64,000 bases of DNA. It comes from an uncultured bacterium (lineage in GTDB: Bacteria; Planctomycetota; UBA1135; GCA-002686595). The notes below the pieces were generated by a model that was given only the letters and a program-made list of their open reading frames with translations, had not been told where the DNA came from and searched no databases. Where the stretch lies: NCBI GenBank assembly GCA_943787795.1, contig CALSNU010000004.1, forward strand, positions 160,001 to 224,000, in the 5' to 3' direction. The position numbers and the translations under genes were made by a program. Positions 49,597 to 59,245 of this stretch are shown here, piece after piece. Within the stretch, counting starts at the first letter, position 1. Every line of letters starts with the position of its first letter.

Positions 49597-51984
49597 TCAA
49601 CGCGGCGGGAGCGGGGCTGAGAGCTGCTCCAGGTCCCTGGGCGGCAGCAGCCGGGAGGGTGGCCAGGCCTCGCCTAGGAAGAGGTCGGCGAGCGGGTGCG
49701 AGCCCATCGTGGCCACGCGCCGCAGCTCCCCGGAGAACCGCTCTGCCAGGTCATCGCGCCGGACACGATCGAGGGCCATGCAAGCGGCCTCTGCGGCCCG
49801 CCTGAGGGCCGTTGACGTGCCAACAGCGCCGCGCGAACGACCCTCGAGCGCCTCCACGAGAGAGGCCTGCAGCGTCTCCAGGGCCAGGGCTCCGACGCCG
49901 GGGTCCCCCACCACCGATGCGAGATCCATCCAGGCCTCCTCGATGGCCTCGGGCCGGTCTCGCGGTCCATCGAGGGTCAACATCGCGTTGTCCAGCGCCA
50001 GGCGCTGCACCGCTGGCGACGCGAGGCCGGCCCGCAGCGAGACCACCCTCAGCGCCGTGAGCTCCGCCGCGGTCAGCTCCGGAGAGACCCTCGCCGCGAG
50101 CGATCCGAAGGCCTTCACGAGGTCCCCGCGGACCGTACGGGAGGCCAGCTCCACGGGTCCCGGCTGATCCTGCGCTCGCCGCTGGGCCTCGAGCTCGAGC
50201 GCGGCGCGGACCGTCGCGGTGATCCAGGTGGGACAGGGGCCGGCGAGGCCGTCCTGCTCCGACGCCAGCGCCGCCCAGACGAGCAGCTCCGCGACCGACT
50301 CCACCTCCGGGGCCGGGCCAGCGCCCCAGGTCCATGGGGCCGGCGGCCGGATTCCCGCGAGGCCGAGCTCGAGGCCCAGGCCCGAGACATCGCCGCCGGG
50401 CGACTCTCGGAGCAGCGCGCCCGGGTCCGGCAAGACGATGCGAGACGGGGCGCCGAGCGGGCGGAGGACCAGGAGGGCGCGCAGCGCCTGGCGGCGGGAG
50501 CGAGCATCAAGCTCGCCCTTGAGGACCCCGGCCGCCAAGGCGGCCGCCGCTCGATCGGGGACACCGAATCCTTCGAGGGCCACAAGCCGAGCCCAGCGTC
50601 CAGTGGGTGGAGCCTCCTCGAACCCGGCGGTGAACAGCGGAATCATGGGCTCTCCCGGAGGGGCCCCAGCGCCGCCCGCGGTGATGGGCGCCAGCGCCGC
50701 CAGCCCGCAGGCGAGATGAGCAGAGCGCCGATCCATGCTGGCGCTGGCCTCGGCGTAGACCGCCTCCGCCTCGGCCGCGCGGCCCTCTCCCCCAGCTCTA
50801 GAGATCGCGCGCTGGAGGGCGGCGACCTCCCTCGACTCGCGGTCGATGAAGGCGAGGACGGAGCGAACGGACGCTGCCCGCTGAAGGGAGGGCGCCACCC
50901 GACCCCGGGCGGCTGCGGCCATCAGCCCCTCGAGCGCCACCACGTCACCTGTGGAGTGCCACCAGTCCTCGAACCAATGCACCGCCGCCGCCCAATCCAG
51001 ACCCGCGAGGGCGCGGGCCGCCGCGCTCTGGCGGACCACGTTGCCCTCGCGCGCCGCGGTGACGCACCAGCGCTTGATGACGCTCCCACCGCTCGCGCGC
51101 AGATCACGCCCCACCGGCGCGCGCTCGGTGCTCCCTCGACCGACCACGTGAATCCACGCTCGCGCGGGCGCCTCGCTGTCCGCGTCTGCTGCGCCGAGTC
51201 GATCCCCTGGGTAACGGAAGCCCTGGACCTGGTACGCCGCCTCGTGCACCGTCGCGAGCCCCTCCAGGACGTCGGTCCAAGAGCCGTCCACGCGGAACGC
51301 TTCGAGCGGCGGAGATGGGCGGCGGACCATCCGCTCCACGACCTGCGGGTCGAGGATCACGGGCGCGGGACCGCCTCCGTGCAGATCCAGACGATCAAAG
51401 GCGCCCAGACCTCCGCCGGCATTGGGGTCCACGGCCACGCGGACGCCGGCCCGCTCCTCCCACGCTGAAGGGAAGCGCGTCGGCTGCCGAGAGACATCGA
51501 AGGACGCGACGGAGGGCTCGTCAAAGGCGCTGCAACTCCACCTGAACAGCTGCGCATCGATGGCCTGCCGCCCCACATCGGCAAACTCTGCGTTGCTGGC
51601 CACCGCGAGCTCCACGGCGTGGCGCAGGAGGCGGTCGTCCGCACCCAGAAGGAGCGCCAGCCGGCGCCGAACGCCCGGCGTCTTGCCCTCGAGCAGCGGG
51701 ACCAACGCCGCGCCAGACTCGATCTCGAGGAGGCGTCCAGCGAGCTCTTGCTGGGCAAGGTCGCGCACCTCCAGCTCATCTGCCCCGAGATCTGCGACCA
51801 GCTGGGAGAGGTCCTCCTGCCGAGCGCCCGGCCCGATCTCCGATAACATCCCGGCCGGCGCCCCAACGGGCGCCGCAGCGGGCGCCCCCGCAGACGATCC
51901 CGCAAACGATCCCGCAGGCGAGAGCGCGAGCGGGAGGGACGCGAGCGCGACGAGTGAGTGGGCACGGCGATAACGAGTCAGCAT
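49597..51984 (-). CDS. Hypothetical exported helical (HEAT-like) protein
   Basis: 795-aa ORF with an AGAGGA ribosome-binding site, signal-peptide-like start, Ala/Leu-rich helical composition. Fills the gap between recognised genes. Confidence 0.65.
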   Translation of the reverse strand: MLTRYRRAHSLVALASLPLALSPAGSFAGSSAGAPAAAPVGAPAGMLSEIGPGARQEDLSQLVADLGADELEVRDLAQQELAGRLLEIESGAALVPLLEGKTPGVRRRLALLLGADDRLLRHAVELAVASNAEFADVGRQAIDAQLFRWSCSAFDEPSVASFDVSRQPTRFPSAWEERAGVRVAVDPNAGGGLGAFDRLDLHGGGPAPVILDPQVVERMVRRPSPPLEAFRVDGSWTDVLEGLATVHEAAYQVQGFRYPGDRLGAADADSEAPARAWIHVVGRGSTERAPVGRDLRASGGSVIKRWCVTAAREGNVVRQSAAARALAGLDWAAAVHWFEDWWHSTGDVVALEGLMAAAARGRVAPSLQRAASVRSVLAFIDRESREVAALQRAISRAGGEGRAAEAEAVYAEASASMDRRSAHLACGLAALAPITAGGAGAPPGEPMIPLFTAGFEEAPPTGRWARLVALEGFGVPDRAAAALAAGVLKGELDARSRRQALRALLVLRPLGAPSRIVLPDPGALLRESPGGDVSGLGLELGLAGIRPPAPWTWGAGPAPEVESVAELLVWAALASEQDGLAGPCPTWITATVRAALELEAQRRAQDQPGPVELASRTVRGDLVKAFGSLAARVSPELTAAELTALRVVSLRAGLASPAVQRLALDNAMLTLDGPRDRPEAIEEAWMDLASVVGDPGVGALALETLQASLVEALEGRSRGAVGTSTALRRAAEAACMALDRVRRDDLAERFSGELRRVATMGSHPLADLFLGEAWPPSRLLPPRDLEQLSAPLPPR

Positions 51985-52036
51985 GGCGGTCCTCTATTGT
52001 CGCCTCCCGGCTCCTCAAGCTGCTACCCTCCGCCCC

Positions 52037-53389
52037 ATGTTCAGGAGCCTACTCGTCGCGAACCGCGGAGAGGTCGCCGTGCGCATTGCACGGGCCGCCC
52101 GCGACGCCGGAGTCCGCGTCGTCGGCATCGTGTCCTCGGCGGACCAGGGTGCATCCTGGACCGAGGAGTTTGACGAGGTCGTCTGCGTCGGCGGCCCCGC
52201 GCCGGCGGAGAGCTATCTTCGGATGTCCGCCATCGTCCAGGCCGCACGCCAGACGGGCTGCGCGGCGGTGCACCCCGGCTGGGGTTTCCTCGCCGAGAAC
52301 GCGCGATTCGCAGCCCTCTGCGAACAGAACGGGCTGACCTTCGTGGGCCCGGCCCCCTCCACCATGGAGCGCATGGGGCTCAAGTGGCCCAGCAAGGTTG
52401 CCATGAGGGCCGCAGGGCTCGACCTCACCCCGGGTAGCGACGGACTCCTCACAGACATCGAGGAGGCTGTTCGGGTCGCCGAGTCGGTGGGCTACCCCGT
52501 CATCCTGAAGGCTGACGCCGGCGGGGGCGGTCGCGGCATGCGGATCTGCAGGACCGACGCGGAGGTGCGCGAGGCCTTCCCCTCGGCGCGCGCTGAGGCC
52601 ACGGCGGCCTTCGGAAACGGCGCGCTCTTCCTGGAGAAGTTTGTCACCGGGGGCCGGCACATCGAGGTCCAGATCCTCGGTGATCGCTTCGGCCGCGCGG
52701 TCCACCTCTTCGAGCGTGACTGCTCGGTGCAGCGCAACCACCAGAAGCTCATTGAGGAGAGCCCCTCGCCCGCGCTCTCGCCCGAGGAGCGCGCCGAACT
52801 CGGCGCGCGCGCGGCCCAAGCCGCCGAGGCCATCGGCTACGTCGGCGCAGGCACCATCGAGTTCCTCGCGGCGCCGGACTCCGGTCGCTTGAGCTTCATG
52901 GAGATGAACACCCGTCTGCAGGTGGAGCACCCCGTGACCGAGATGGTCACGGGCATCGACATCGTCCGCGAGCAGCTCCGCATCGCCGCGGGCGGAGCCG
53001 TGGGCTTCACCCAGGACGGGGTCTCGCTGGAGGGCCACTCCATCGAGTGCCGCATCAATGCCGAGGACCCCTCCGACGGATTCCGCCCCACCCCCGGCAC
53101 GCTGGACGAGTTCTCGATCCCGCTCGACCTCGGGCCGGGGAGGGTCCGCGTGGACACCCACGTCTCCCAGGGAGCCGAGGTCCCGCCCTATTACGACTCC
53201 CTCATCGCGAAGGTGATCGTCCACGCCGCGGACCGCGCCCAGGCCATCGAGACCATGCAGCGGACCCTCGGCGGTGCACGCATCACCGGCGTCTCGACGA
53301 CCATTCCGCTGCACCTCGCGGTCCTCAGCAGCGACGAGTTCACGAGCGGCAATTACGACACCCGCTCCATCCCCGGCTGGCCCGCCTGA
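52037..53389 (+). CDS. accC: Biotin carboxylase
   Basis: LVANRGEVAVRI, HPGWGFLAEN, GGGGRGM, ERDCSVQR, EMNTRLQVEH, RINAEDP, YDSLIAK. Confidence 0.9.
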   Translation: MFRSLLVANRGEVAVRIARAARDAGVRVVGIVSSADQGASWTEEFDEVVCVGGPAPAESYLRMSAIVQAARQTGCAAVHPGWGFLAENARFAALCEQNGLTFVGPAPSTMERMGLKWPSKVAMRAAGLDLTPGSDGLLTDIEEAVRVAESVGYPVILKADAGGGGRGMRICRTDAEVREAFPSARAEATAAFGNGALFLEKFVTGGRHIEVQILGDRFGRAVHLFERDCSVQRNHQKLIEESPSPALSPEERAELGARAAQAAEAIGYVGAGTIEFLAAPDSGRLSFMEMNTRLQVEHPVTEMVTGIDIVREQLRIAAGGAVGFTQDGVSLEGHSIECRINAEDPSDGFRPTPGTLDEFSIPLDLGPGRVRVDTHVSQGAEVPPYYDSLIAKVIVHAADRAQAIETMQRTLGGARITGVSTTIPLHLAVLSSDEFTSGNYDTRSIPGWPA

Positions 53390-53395
53390 TCGACG

Positions 53396-55123
53396 ATGGC
53401 ACACGTCCCCCTCACTCCCCTCGGGCGCCCCAGGGACGCCTTCCTCGACGAGTCCAGCTACCAGCGGCACCGCGAGGCCATGGCCGAGAAGAACGCGCTC
53501 CTCGAGGAGCGCCGGGCTGCGGTGAGCGGAGGCTGGGGCGAGAAGTACGTCCAGCGCGTTCACCAGAAGGGCAAGCTCACCGCTCGAGAGCGGGTCGAGG
53601 CCCTGCGCGACGAGGGATCAACGATCCGTGAGGTCGGCACCTTCGCCAACCACGGGGTGAAGTTCGGGAAGCTCGAGAGCCCCGCCGCCGGCGTCGTCAC
53701 AGCCTTCTGCCTGGTCGATGGCCGCTGGTGCATGGTGATCGCGAACGACAACACCGTCGCATCTGGCTCATGGTGGCCCAAGACGCCGGAGAAGATCGAG
53801 CGCGCGCAGGAGATGGCGCTGCGGCTCAGCATCCCCGTGATCTATCTCGTGGACTGCTCCGGGCTCTTCCTGCCCGAACAGTCCCGCTCCTTCCCGGGTC
53901 GGACTGGCGCGGGGCACATCTTCAAGAAGAACGCGGAGCTCGCCGCCGGCGGCGTCCCGCAGATCGCCGGGGTCTTCGGCGATTGCATCGCAGGTGGCGG
54001 CTACATGCCGATCATCTCCGACCGAGTGGTGATGACGGAGCAGGCCTACATGGTCATCGCAGGGGCAGCCCTCATCAAGGGCGCGAAGAGCCTGCACCTC
54101 TCCAGCCTCGACATCGGCGGCCCCGAGGTTCACGTCCACCAGTCTGGGTGCGCAGACCTCCGCGTGCCGGACGACTCGACCGCGCTCCAGGTGATCCGCG
54201 AGGAGGTCGGCAAGCTCGGAAGCAGCGCGGCGGACTACTATCGCCACGGCGCAGACGCGGGCCCCCCCCACTTCCCACCCCATGAGCTGGACGGCATCTT
54301 CCCGCCGGACCACCGCATGACCTACGACGCCCCCGAGGTCATCGCTCGCCTCGTGGACCGCAGCCTCTTCTGGGAGGTGCTCCCCGATAGGGGCCGTGAG
54401 ATGATCGTGGGCGTAGGCCGGGTGAACGGGCTGTACATGGGCTTCGTCGCCAACCGCCAAGGGCTCATCGATGACCCTGACGGGAGGGACGGCCAGAAGC
54501 CCGCCGGGATCCTCTACCGCGAGGGCATCGCCAAGGTCTCGGCCTTCAGCCGCGCGTGCGACGCGGATGGGATACCGATCGTGTGGCTCCAGGACATCTC
54601 TGGCTTTGACATCGGCGTGGAGGCCGAGCGGCAGGGGCTCCTCGGCTACGGCTCGTCGCTCATCTACACCAACAGCACCAACTCGGTGCCCATGTTCACG
54701 GTCCTGCTCCGCAAGGCGTCAGGCGCGGGTTACTACGCCATGGCGGGGCTCCCTTACGAGCCGGTCGTACAGCTCTCCACGCCGCTGACGCGCCAGTCCG
54801 TCATGGAGGGCCGGACGCTCGCCATCGCCGCCTTCAACACCAAGCTCGACGATGACTTCGAGATCCTCTCGGAGGACCCGGAGGAGCGGGCGGCCATCGA
54901 GCAGGGCATGCGCGAGACAGAGGCTCGTATCGAGGGCGACATGGACCCGTATCGCTCGGCCTCGCAGATGGACACCGACGAGATCGTGCAGACCAATGAG
55001 CTCCGGGGCTGGCTCGAGATGTTCGCAGAGGCCGCCTATCAGTCCAGCGGGACACGGCGCACGAAGAACCCCCGCATCTGGTCGCTCCACGACCTTGCGG
55101 CCCTCACGGAGGTGCGCGGATGA
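53396..55123 (+). CDS. Acyl-CoA carboxylase carboxyltransferase subunit (MCC/GCC beta-like)
   Basis: [41 protein letters not shown]. Confidence 0.88.
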   Translation: MAHVPLTPLGRPRDAFLDESSYQRHREAMAEKNALLEERRAAVSGGWGEKYVQRVHQKGKLTARERVEALRDEGSTIREVGTFANHGVKFGKLESPAAGVVTAFCLVDGRWCMVIANDNTVASGSWWPKTPEKIERAQEMALRLSIPVIYLVDCSGLFLPEQSRSFPGRTGAGHIFKKNAELAAGGVPQIAGVFGDCIAGGGYMPIISDRVVMTEQAYMVIAGAALIKGAKSLHLSSLDIGGPEVHVHQSGCADLRVPDDSTALQVIREEVGKLGSSAADYYRHGADAGPPHFPPHELDGIFPPDHRMTYDAPEVIARLVDRSLFWEVLPDRGREMIVGVGRVNGLYMGFVANRQGLIDDPDGRDGQKPAGILYREGIAKVSAFSRACDADGIPIVWLQDISGFDIGVEAERQGLLGYGSSLIYTNSTNSVPMFTVLLRKASGAGYYAMAGLPYEPVVQLSTPLTRQSVMEGRTLAIAAFNTKLDDDFEILSEDPEERAAIEQGMRETEARIEGDMDPYRSASQMDTDEIVQTNELRGWLEMFAEAAYQSSGTRRTKNPRIWSLHDLAALTEVRG

Positions 55124-55701
55124 GAAGCGCGTCACACTCCCTGGACCTACGGATGACCCACGAGGACGGGCTCATCGTGCTCCGGGCTCCAGATGTGGGT
55201 TACTTCACCGCCCCCCTCGGCCGGGGCGCCGTGGTCGCGCCGGGCATGACCGCGGGCGCGCTCCAGCGCCTCGAGGGCACCGTCCAGCTCACCATCCCGC
55301 CGGGTGTCCGTGGCGCCGTGGTGACGGATCCGCCGGAGCGGGTCCTCTCAGCCGCCGGGTTCGGCGAGGCCCTCTATCGCATCGACCCCGCGGGCGCAGG
55401 CGAGGCCGCGGCCGAGTCAGATGCCCCCGAGGAAGCCGGCGCTGGCCTGGTCCTCGTCGCGGAGCAATCAGGCCGAGTCTGGCACCGGCCCGGTCCCGGA
55501 GAGGACCCCTTCTGTGCGCCCGGCTCGGTCCTGGAGGACGGAGCGGCCGTCTGCCTGGTAGAGGTCATGAAGACCTTCTCGACGGTGCCCTATCGCCCGG
55601 TCAAGGGGCTGCCCACCCGAGGCCGCGTGGTCCGCTGGATCGTCGGCGACGGCGCCGACGTCCAGAAAGGGGACCCGATCCTGGAGCTTGAGCAGGCCTG
55701 A
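55120..55701 (+). CDS. Biotin carboxyl carrier protein with an extra N-terminal biotinyl-like domain
   Basis: C-terminal [10 protein letters not shown] biotin-lysine motif. ATGA overlap with the carboxyltransferase gene. Confidence 0.8.
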   Translation: MRSASHSLDLRMTHEDGLIVLRAPDVGYFTAPLGRGAVVAPGMTAGALQRLEGTVQLTIPPGVRGAVVTDPPERVLSAAGFGEALYRIDPAGAGEAAAESDAPEEAGAGLVLVAEQSGRVWHRPGPGEDPFCAPGSVLEDGAAVCLVEVMKTFSTVPYRPVKGLPTRGRVVRWIVGDGADVQKGDPILELEQA

Positions 55702-55835
55702 TTGGCCCCTCGTGCCCCTGAGCCGCCCTGGATGAACCATCACCGCCTGGCACGAGGCGTAGGGATAGACTTCGAGGGCCAAAGAACCACCGGGCGGGGA
55801 AGTCCGTCGCGCGGCCGGACGTACCACCAAGTGTC

Positions 55836-57251
55836 ATGAATCGCACCCTCCTCCTCATCGCTGCCGCCGTTCTGCTGGGCGGCGGGCTCATCGCGGTGGC
55901 GCTTGATCCTGGAGCGCAGCGGCACCAGGCCTCCGAGCCCCAGGTCAGCGCGACCGCTACGCCGGACCCTGAGCCCACCCCTGCGGCGCCAGCGGAGACC
56001 GACCTGGCCTCCGTGGCAACGGATCGGGAATTCAGCCCGGTCACGGATCAGGGCCCGACTCGATCATGGGAAGTGGTGGTCCTCAACGAGGTCGGCCAAC
56101 CCCTCCCCGAGGCCCAGATCCTCGCGACCCGGGTGGGCAGCGAGCTGGAGTCCACGGGCCGCGAGCGCTGGGAGGGCGTGGCCTCGGGGCCTTGGGACCT
56201 GAGGGTGGAGATGGAGGGCTTCCCGACCTGGCGGCGAGAGGTCATTCTCGAGTCCGGCAAGCGCGTCCGGACCGTCGCGAGGCTCGCCCAGGGCCTCCGG
56301 ATCACAGGCGCCGTCCAGGACGAGTTCAATCAACCCGTGAACGGCTTGCCGGTCTACTTCCTGCCCAAGGGGGTGGGGCACCCCTCGTCCCGTGACTTCG
56401 TGCGGGATGGCTCGGATCCCCGCGCTCAGCCCCGATCGAGAAGCGGTGTGGTGAGCGCAGAGCTCTTGGCTGGTGGGCGGATCAAGGCGAACCTGCCCGA
56501 GGCTGGTGAGTGGCGAGTCTCGGTTGGCCGCCCCGGCGACGCCCGCTGGACAGAGTCGGTCGCCCAGGAGCTCACTCACGGGGGACAAGAGAAGGTCGAC
56601 ATCACGATCCCGTCCCTCGGGCAAGTGCGCCTGGAGTTCTCCCAGGAGGGCGAGGAGCGTCCCCGCCAGGTCAGCGTCCACGTCTTCGACCCCGAGCACG
56701 CGGCGGCGGTCCTGAGGACTCGTCAGCAGGGCGGCACGGATCAGCAGATCTATGAGGAGAAGAACCCGGGCATGGGCCGTTCCGGGGACGGACGGGCCAC
56801 GGAAGAGGCACGGAAGCAGAGGCTGGCCAAGGAAGCCGAGATGGCTCGCTCGGGCGCCAAGGGCACAGTGAAGCCCATGAAGATGGAGATGAACAACTCC
56901 GTCAAGGAGGTGCGGGAGATGGCCGGCAAGGCACCGGGTCGCGCCCCGGCCTTTGAGCCGGGCTGGCGGATGATCAAGAGTGCGCGGCTCGATGCGAACG
57001 GGGTCGCCCAGCTGAAGGGCCTGCCCCTCGGGAAGCAGATGCGCTTCCTCTTCGTGCGCGGCAAGGAGCAGATCACCACGGCGAGCGGATTCCAGCTGCG
57101 CGACGCGGCCCCGCGGCTGGGTATCCCCTCCCTTCCTCCGCTCGCGACGACCCCGCCCACTGGACCGGACAGCCGGGCCTCGGTCGCCCTTCAACTGTCC
57201 CCGGTGGAGACCGGCCCCAAGAGAGAGCTCGGGGCCCGCTGGAAGCTCTGA
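55836..57251 (+). CDS. Hypothetical membrane-anchored beta-rich protein
   Basis: N-terminal TM helix, GQPLPEAQI and ITGAVQDEFNQPV carboxypeptidase-regulatory-like patterns. Confidence 0.7.
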   Translation: MNRTLLLIAAAVLLGGGLIAVALDPGAQRHQASEPQVSATATPDPEPTPAAPAETDLASVATDREFSPVTDQGPTRSWEVVVLNEVGQPLPEAQILATRVGSELESTGRERWEGVASGPWDLRVEMEGFPTWRREVILESGKRVRTVARLAQGLRITGAVQDEFNQPVNGLPVYFLPKGVGHPSSRDFVRDGSDPRAQPRSRSGVVSAELLAGGRIKANLPEAGEWRVSVGRPGDARWTESVAQELTHGGQEKVDITIPSLGQVRLEFSQEGEERPRQVSVHVFDPEHAAAVLRTRQQGGTDQQIYEEKNPGMGRSGDGRATEEARKQRLAKEAEMARSGAKGTVKPMKMEMNNSVKEVREMAGKAPGRAPAFEPGWRMIKSARLDANGVAQLKGLPLGKQMRFLFVRGKEQITTASGFQLRDAAPRLGIPSLPPLATTPPTGPDSRASVALQLSPVETGPKRELGARWKL

Positions 57252-57348
57252 GACGCGCCCAGCCGCGGCTTGGACGGCGGCCTGTCGGCCAGAGACAGGT
57301 CTTGCGGTATGGGAAACGGGCGAGCCTCCCAGGGGTTAGGCTGCCCGT

Positions 57349-58083
57349 ATGAAGCGCAGCGAGAAGGCGGAGCGGATCCTGCTCCAACTCGAGGAGTTGT
57401 ATCCGGTCACCCCGATCCCGCTCGATCACGAGGACCCCTTCACCCTGCTGATCGCCGTCCTCCTCTCGGCTCAGACCACGGACCTGAGGGTCAACCTCGT
57501 CACGCCGGGCCTCTTCAAGAAGGCGAGCACTCCGGAGGCCATGGCTCGCCTTGAGGTCGAGGACATCCTCGACTCCATCAAGACCTGCGGACTCGCCCCC
57601 ACCAAGGCGAAGAACGTCCGCCGGTTGGCAGAAATCCTCGTGGAGCGCCACGGCGGAGAGGTCCCCGCTGATCTCGCTGCCCTCGAGGATCTCCCCGGCG
57701 TCGGACACAAGACCGCCAGCGTCGTCATGGCCCAGAGCTTCGGGATGCCGGCCTTCCCTGTGGACACCCACATCCACCGCCTCGCGGCGCGCTGGGGCCT
57801 CTCGAACGACACCTCCGTCGAGCGGACCGAGCGTGACCTGAAGGCGGTGTTCCCCGAGTCCACCTGGTCCAAGGTACACCTGCAGATCATCTTCTTCGGC
57901 CGCGAACATTGCCCGGCACGCTTCCACGACTTCGCGAGCTGCCCCATCTGCTCCTGGGCTTCGACGAAGAAGCGCGCGCTGGACGAGCGGCGCCGCGACG
58001 ACGCCGCCCGGCGGCGCCCTGTGAAGGGCCCGGCGAAGGGGCCGGCGAGCGGCAAGAGCTCGCCGAGACAGCAGGCTGGCTGA
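57349..58083 (+). CDS. nth: Endonuclease III
   Basis: LIAVLLSAQTTD, HhH motif LPGVGHKTA, PVDTHIHR, C-terminal Cys cluster. Confidence 0.93.
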   Translation: MKRSEKAERILLQLEELYPVTPIPLDHEDPFTLLIAVLLSAQTTDLRVNLVTPGLFKKASTPEAMARLEVEDILDSIKTCGLAPTKAKNVRRLAEILVERHGGEVPADLAALEDLPGVGHKTASVVMAQSFGMPAFPVDTHIHRLAARWGLSNDTSVERTERDLKAVFPESTWSKVHLQIIFFGREHCPARFHDFASCPICSWASTKKRALDERRRDDAARRRPVKGPAKGPASGKSSPRQQAG

Positions 58084-58898
58084 TGATGATGATGAACGAA
58101 TACGACGAACCGCCCCTGGATCCAGCACTGGAATCCGCCCTCGCCTCGCTGGAGGCTGGCGACCCCGAGCTGGCCCTCTCCCAGGCATCCCGCGCACCGG
58201 AGGGCGGCCTCCGCGCCCTGCTGGAGGTCCGCGCCTATCTGGACCTCGGCATGCTCGACCCCGCCTGCGAGCGCCTGGACGCCGCGAGAGCGATCCTGGG
58301 CGAGGACGACCTCGAGGTGGTCGAGCTCGATGGCGAGGTGGCCCTCGAACGCTGGGACCTGGCGGGCGCCGCCTCGGCCTTCGAGGCCATCGCCGCCGTC
58401 GAGCCAGACCCATGGATTCACGAGCGCCTCGCGTTGCTCGCGGACCACGCGGGCGACCACGATCGAGCCCACGCGCTCCTGGTCGAGGCCGCCGCGCTCG
58501 ACGGTGATCGACCGGCCCCGGTGCGGGTCGCCGCGGCGACCTTCGACCGTATCGTCGAGGACGCGCTCGGCTCGCTGGCCGCCCCCTTCGCCGACCGCGT
58601 GCGCAGGGTCCGGGTGGTGCGAGAGCCGGTCCCCTTCCGGGAACTCGTCGACCCCCGCGACCCCTCCGCCACCCCCCCTGACATCCTCGGCCTCTTCGTC
58701 GGCCCCACGATCCACGACCTGGCCGAGGACTTCCCGGCCCAGCTGCCGCCCTCGATCTACCTGTTCCAGCGCAACCTGGAGCGCATGGCGCGCGACGAGG
58801 AGCACCTCACCGAGGAGATCCGTGTCACGCTCTTCCACGAGATCGGGCACCTCCTAGGATTGGACGAGGATGGGGTCGCCGAGCTCGGCCTCGCCTGA
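58083..58898 (+). CDS. TPR-like region plus Zincin_1 (DUF1025) metallopeptidase domain
   Basis: ILGLFVG, PPSIYLFQRNL, TLFHEIGHLLGLDE. The start is one of four tandem ATGs at 58083-58094. Confidence 0.82.
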   Translation: MMMMNEYDEPPLDPALESALASLEAGDPELALSQASRAPEGGLRALLEVRAYLDLGMLDPACERLDAARAILGEDDLEVVELDGEVALERWDLAGAASAFEAIAAVEPDPWIHERLALLADHAGDHDRAHALLVEAAALDGDRPAPVRVAAATFDRIVEDALGSLAAPFADRVRRVRVVREPVPFRELVDPRDPSATPPDILGLFVGPTIHDLAEDFPAQLPPSIYLFQRNLERMARDEEHLTEEIRVTLFHEIGHLLGLDEDGVAELGLA

Positions 58899-58911
58899 CC
58901 CCCACACACAC

Positions 58912-59238
58912 ATGGATCGCCCCACATTCTTGCGACTCGCAGACGACGTCATCCGGCGCGTCGAGGACTGGCTCGAGGACTTTGATCCCGACGAGGTCGA
59001 CTTCTCCACAGCGGACGGTGTGCTGAAGATCCAATTCGAGGGCGGTCCCACCTACGTCCTCAACCGTCAGACCGCGACCAATGAGATGTGGTACGCGGCG
59101 GGCGTGCGCGCCTGGCACTACGTGCTCGACCCTGAGAGCCAGTCCTGGCTCTGCGACAAGGACGGGCACGAGCTGTTCTCCATGATCTCGAGCACGGTCG
59201 CGGATTACCTTGGCCGCGCCATCTCGACCCCTATCTGA
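58912..59238 (+). CDS. cyaY: Iron donor protein CyaY (frataxin family)
   Basis: Acidic N-terminal helix, DGVLKIQF, YVLNRQ..EMWYA, W. Confidence 0.85.
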   Translation: MDRPTFLRLADDVIRRVEDWLEDFDPDEVDFSTADGVLKIQFEGGPTYVLNRQTATNEMWYAAGVRAWHYVLDPESQSWLCDKDGHELFSMISSTVADYLGRAISTPI

Positions 59239-59245
59239 ACGGCAC

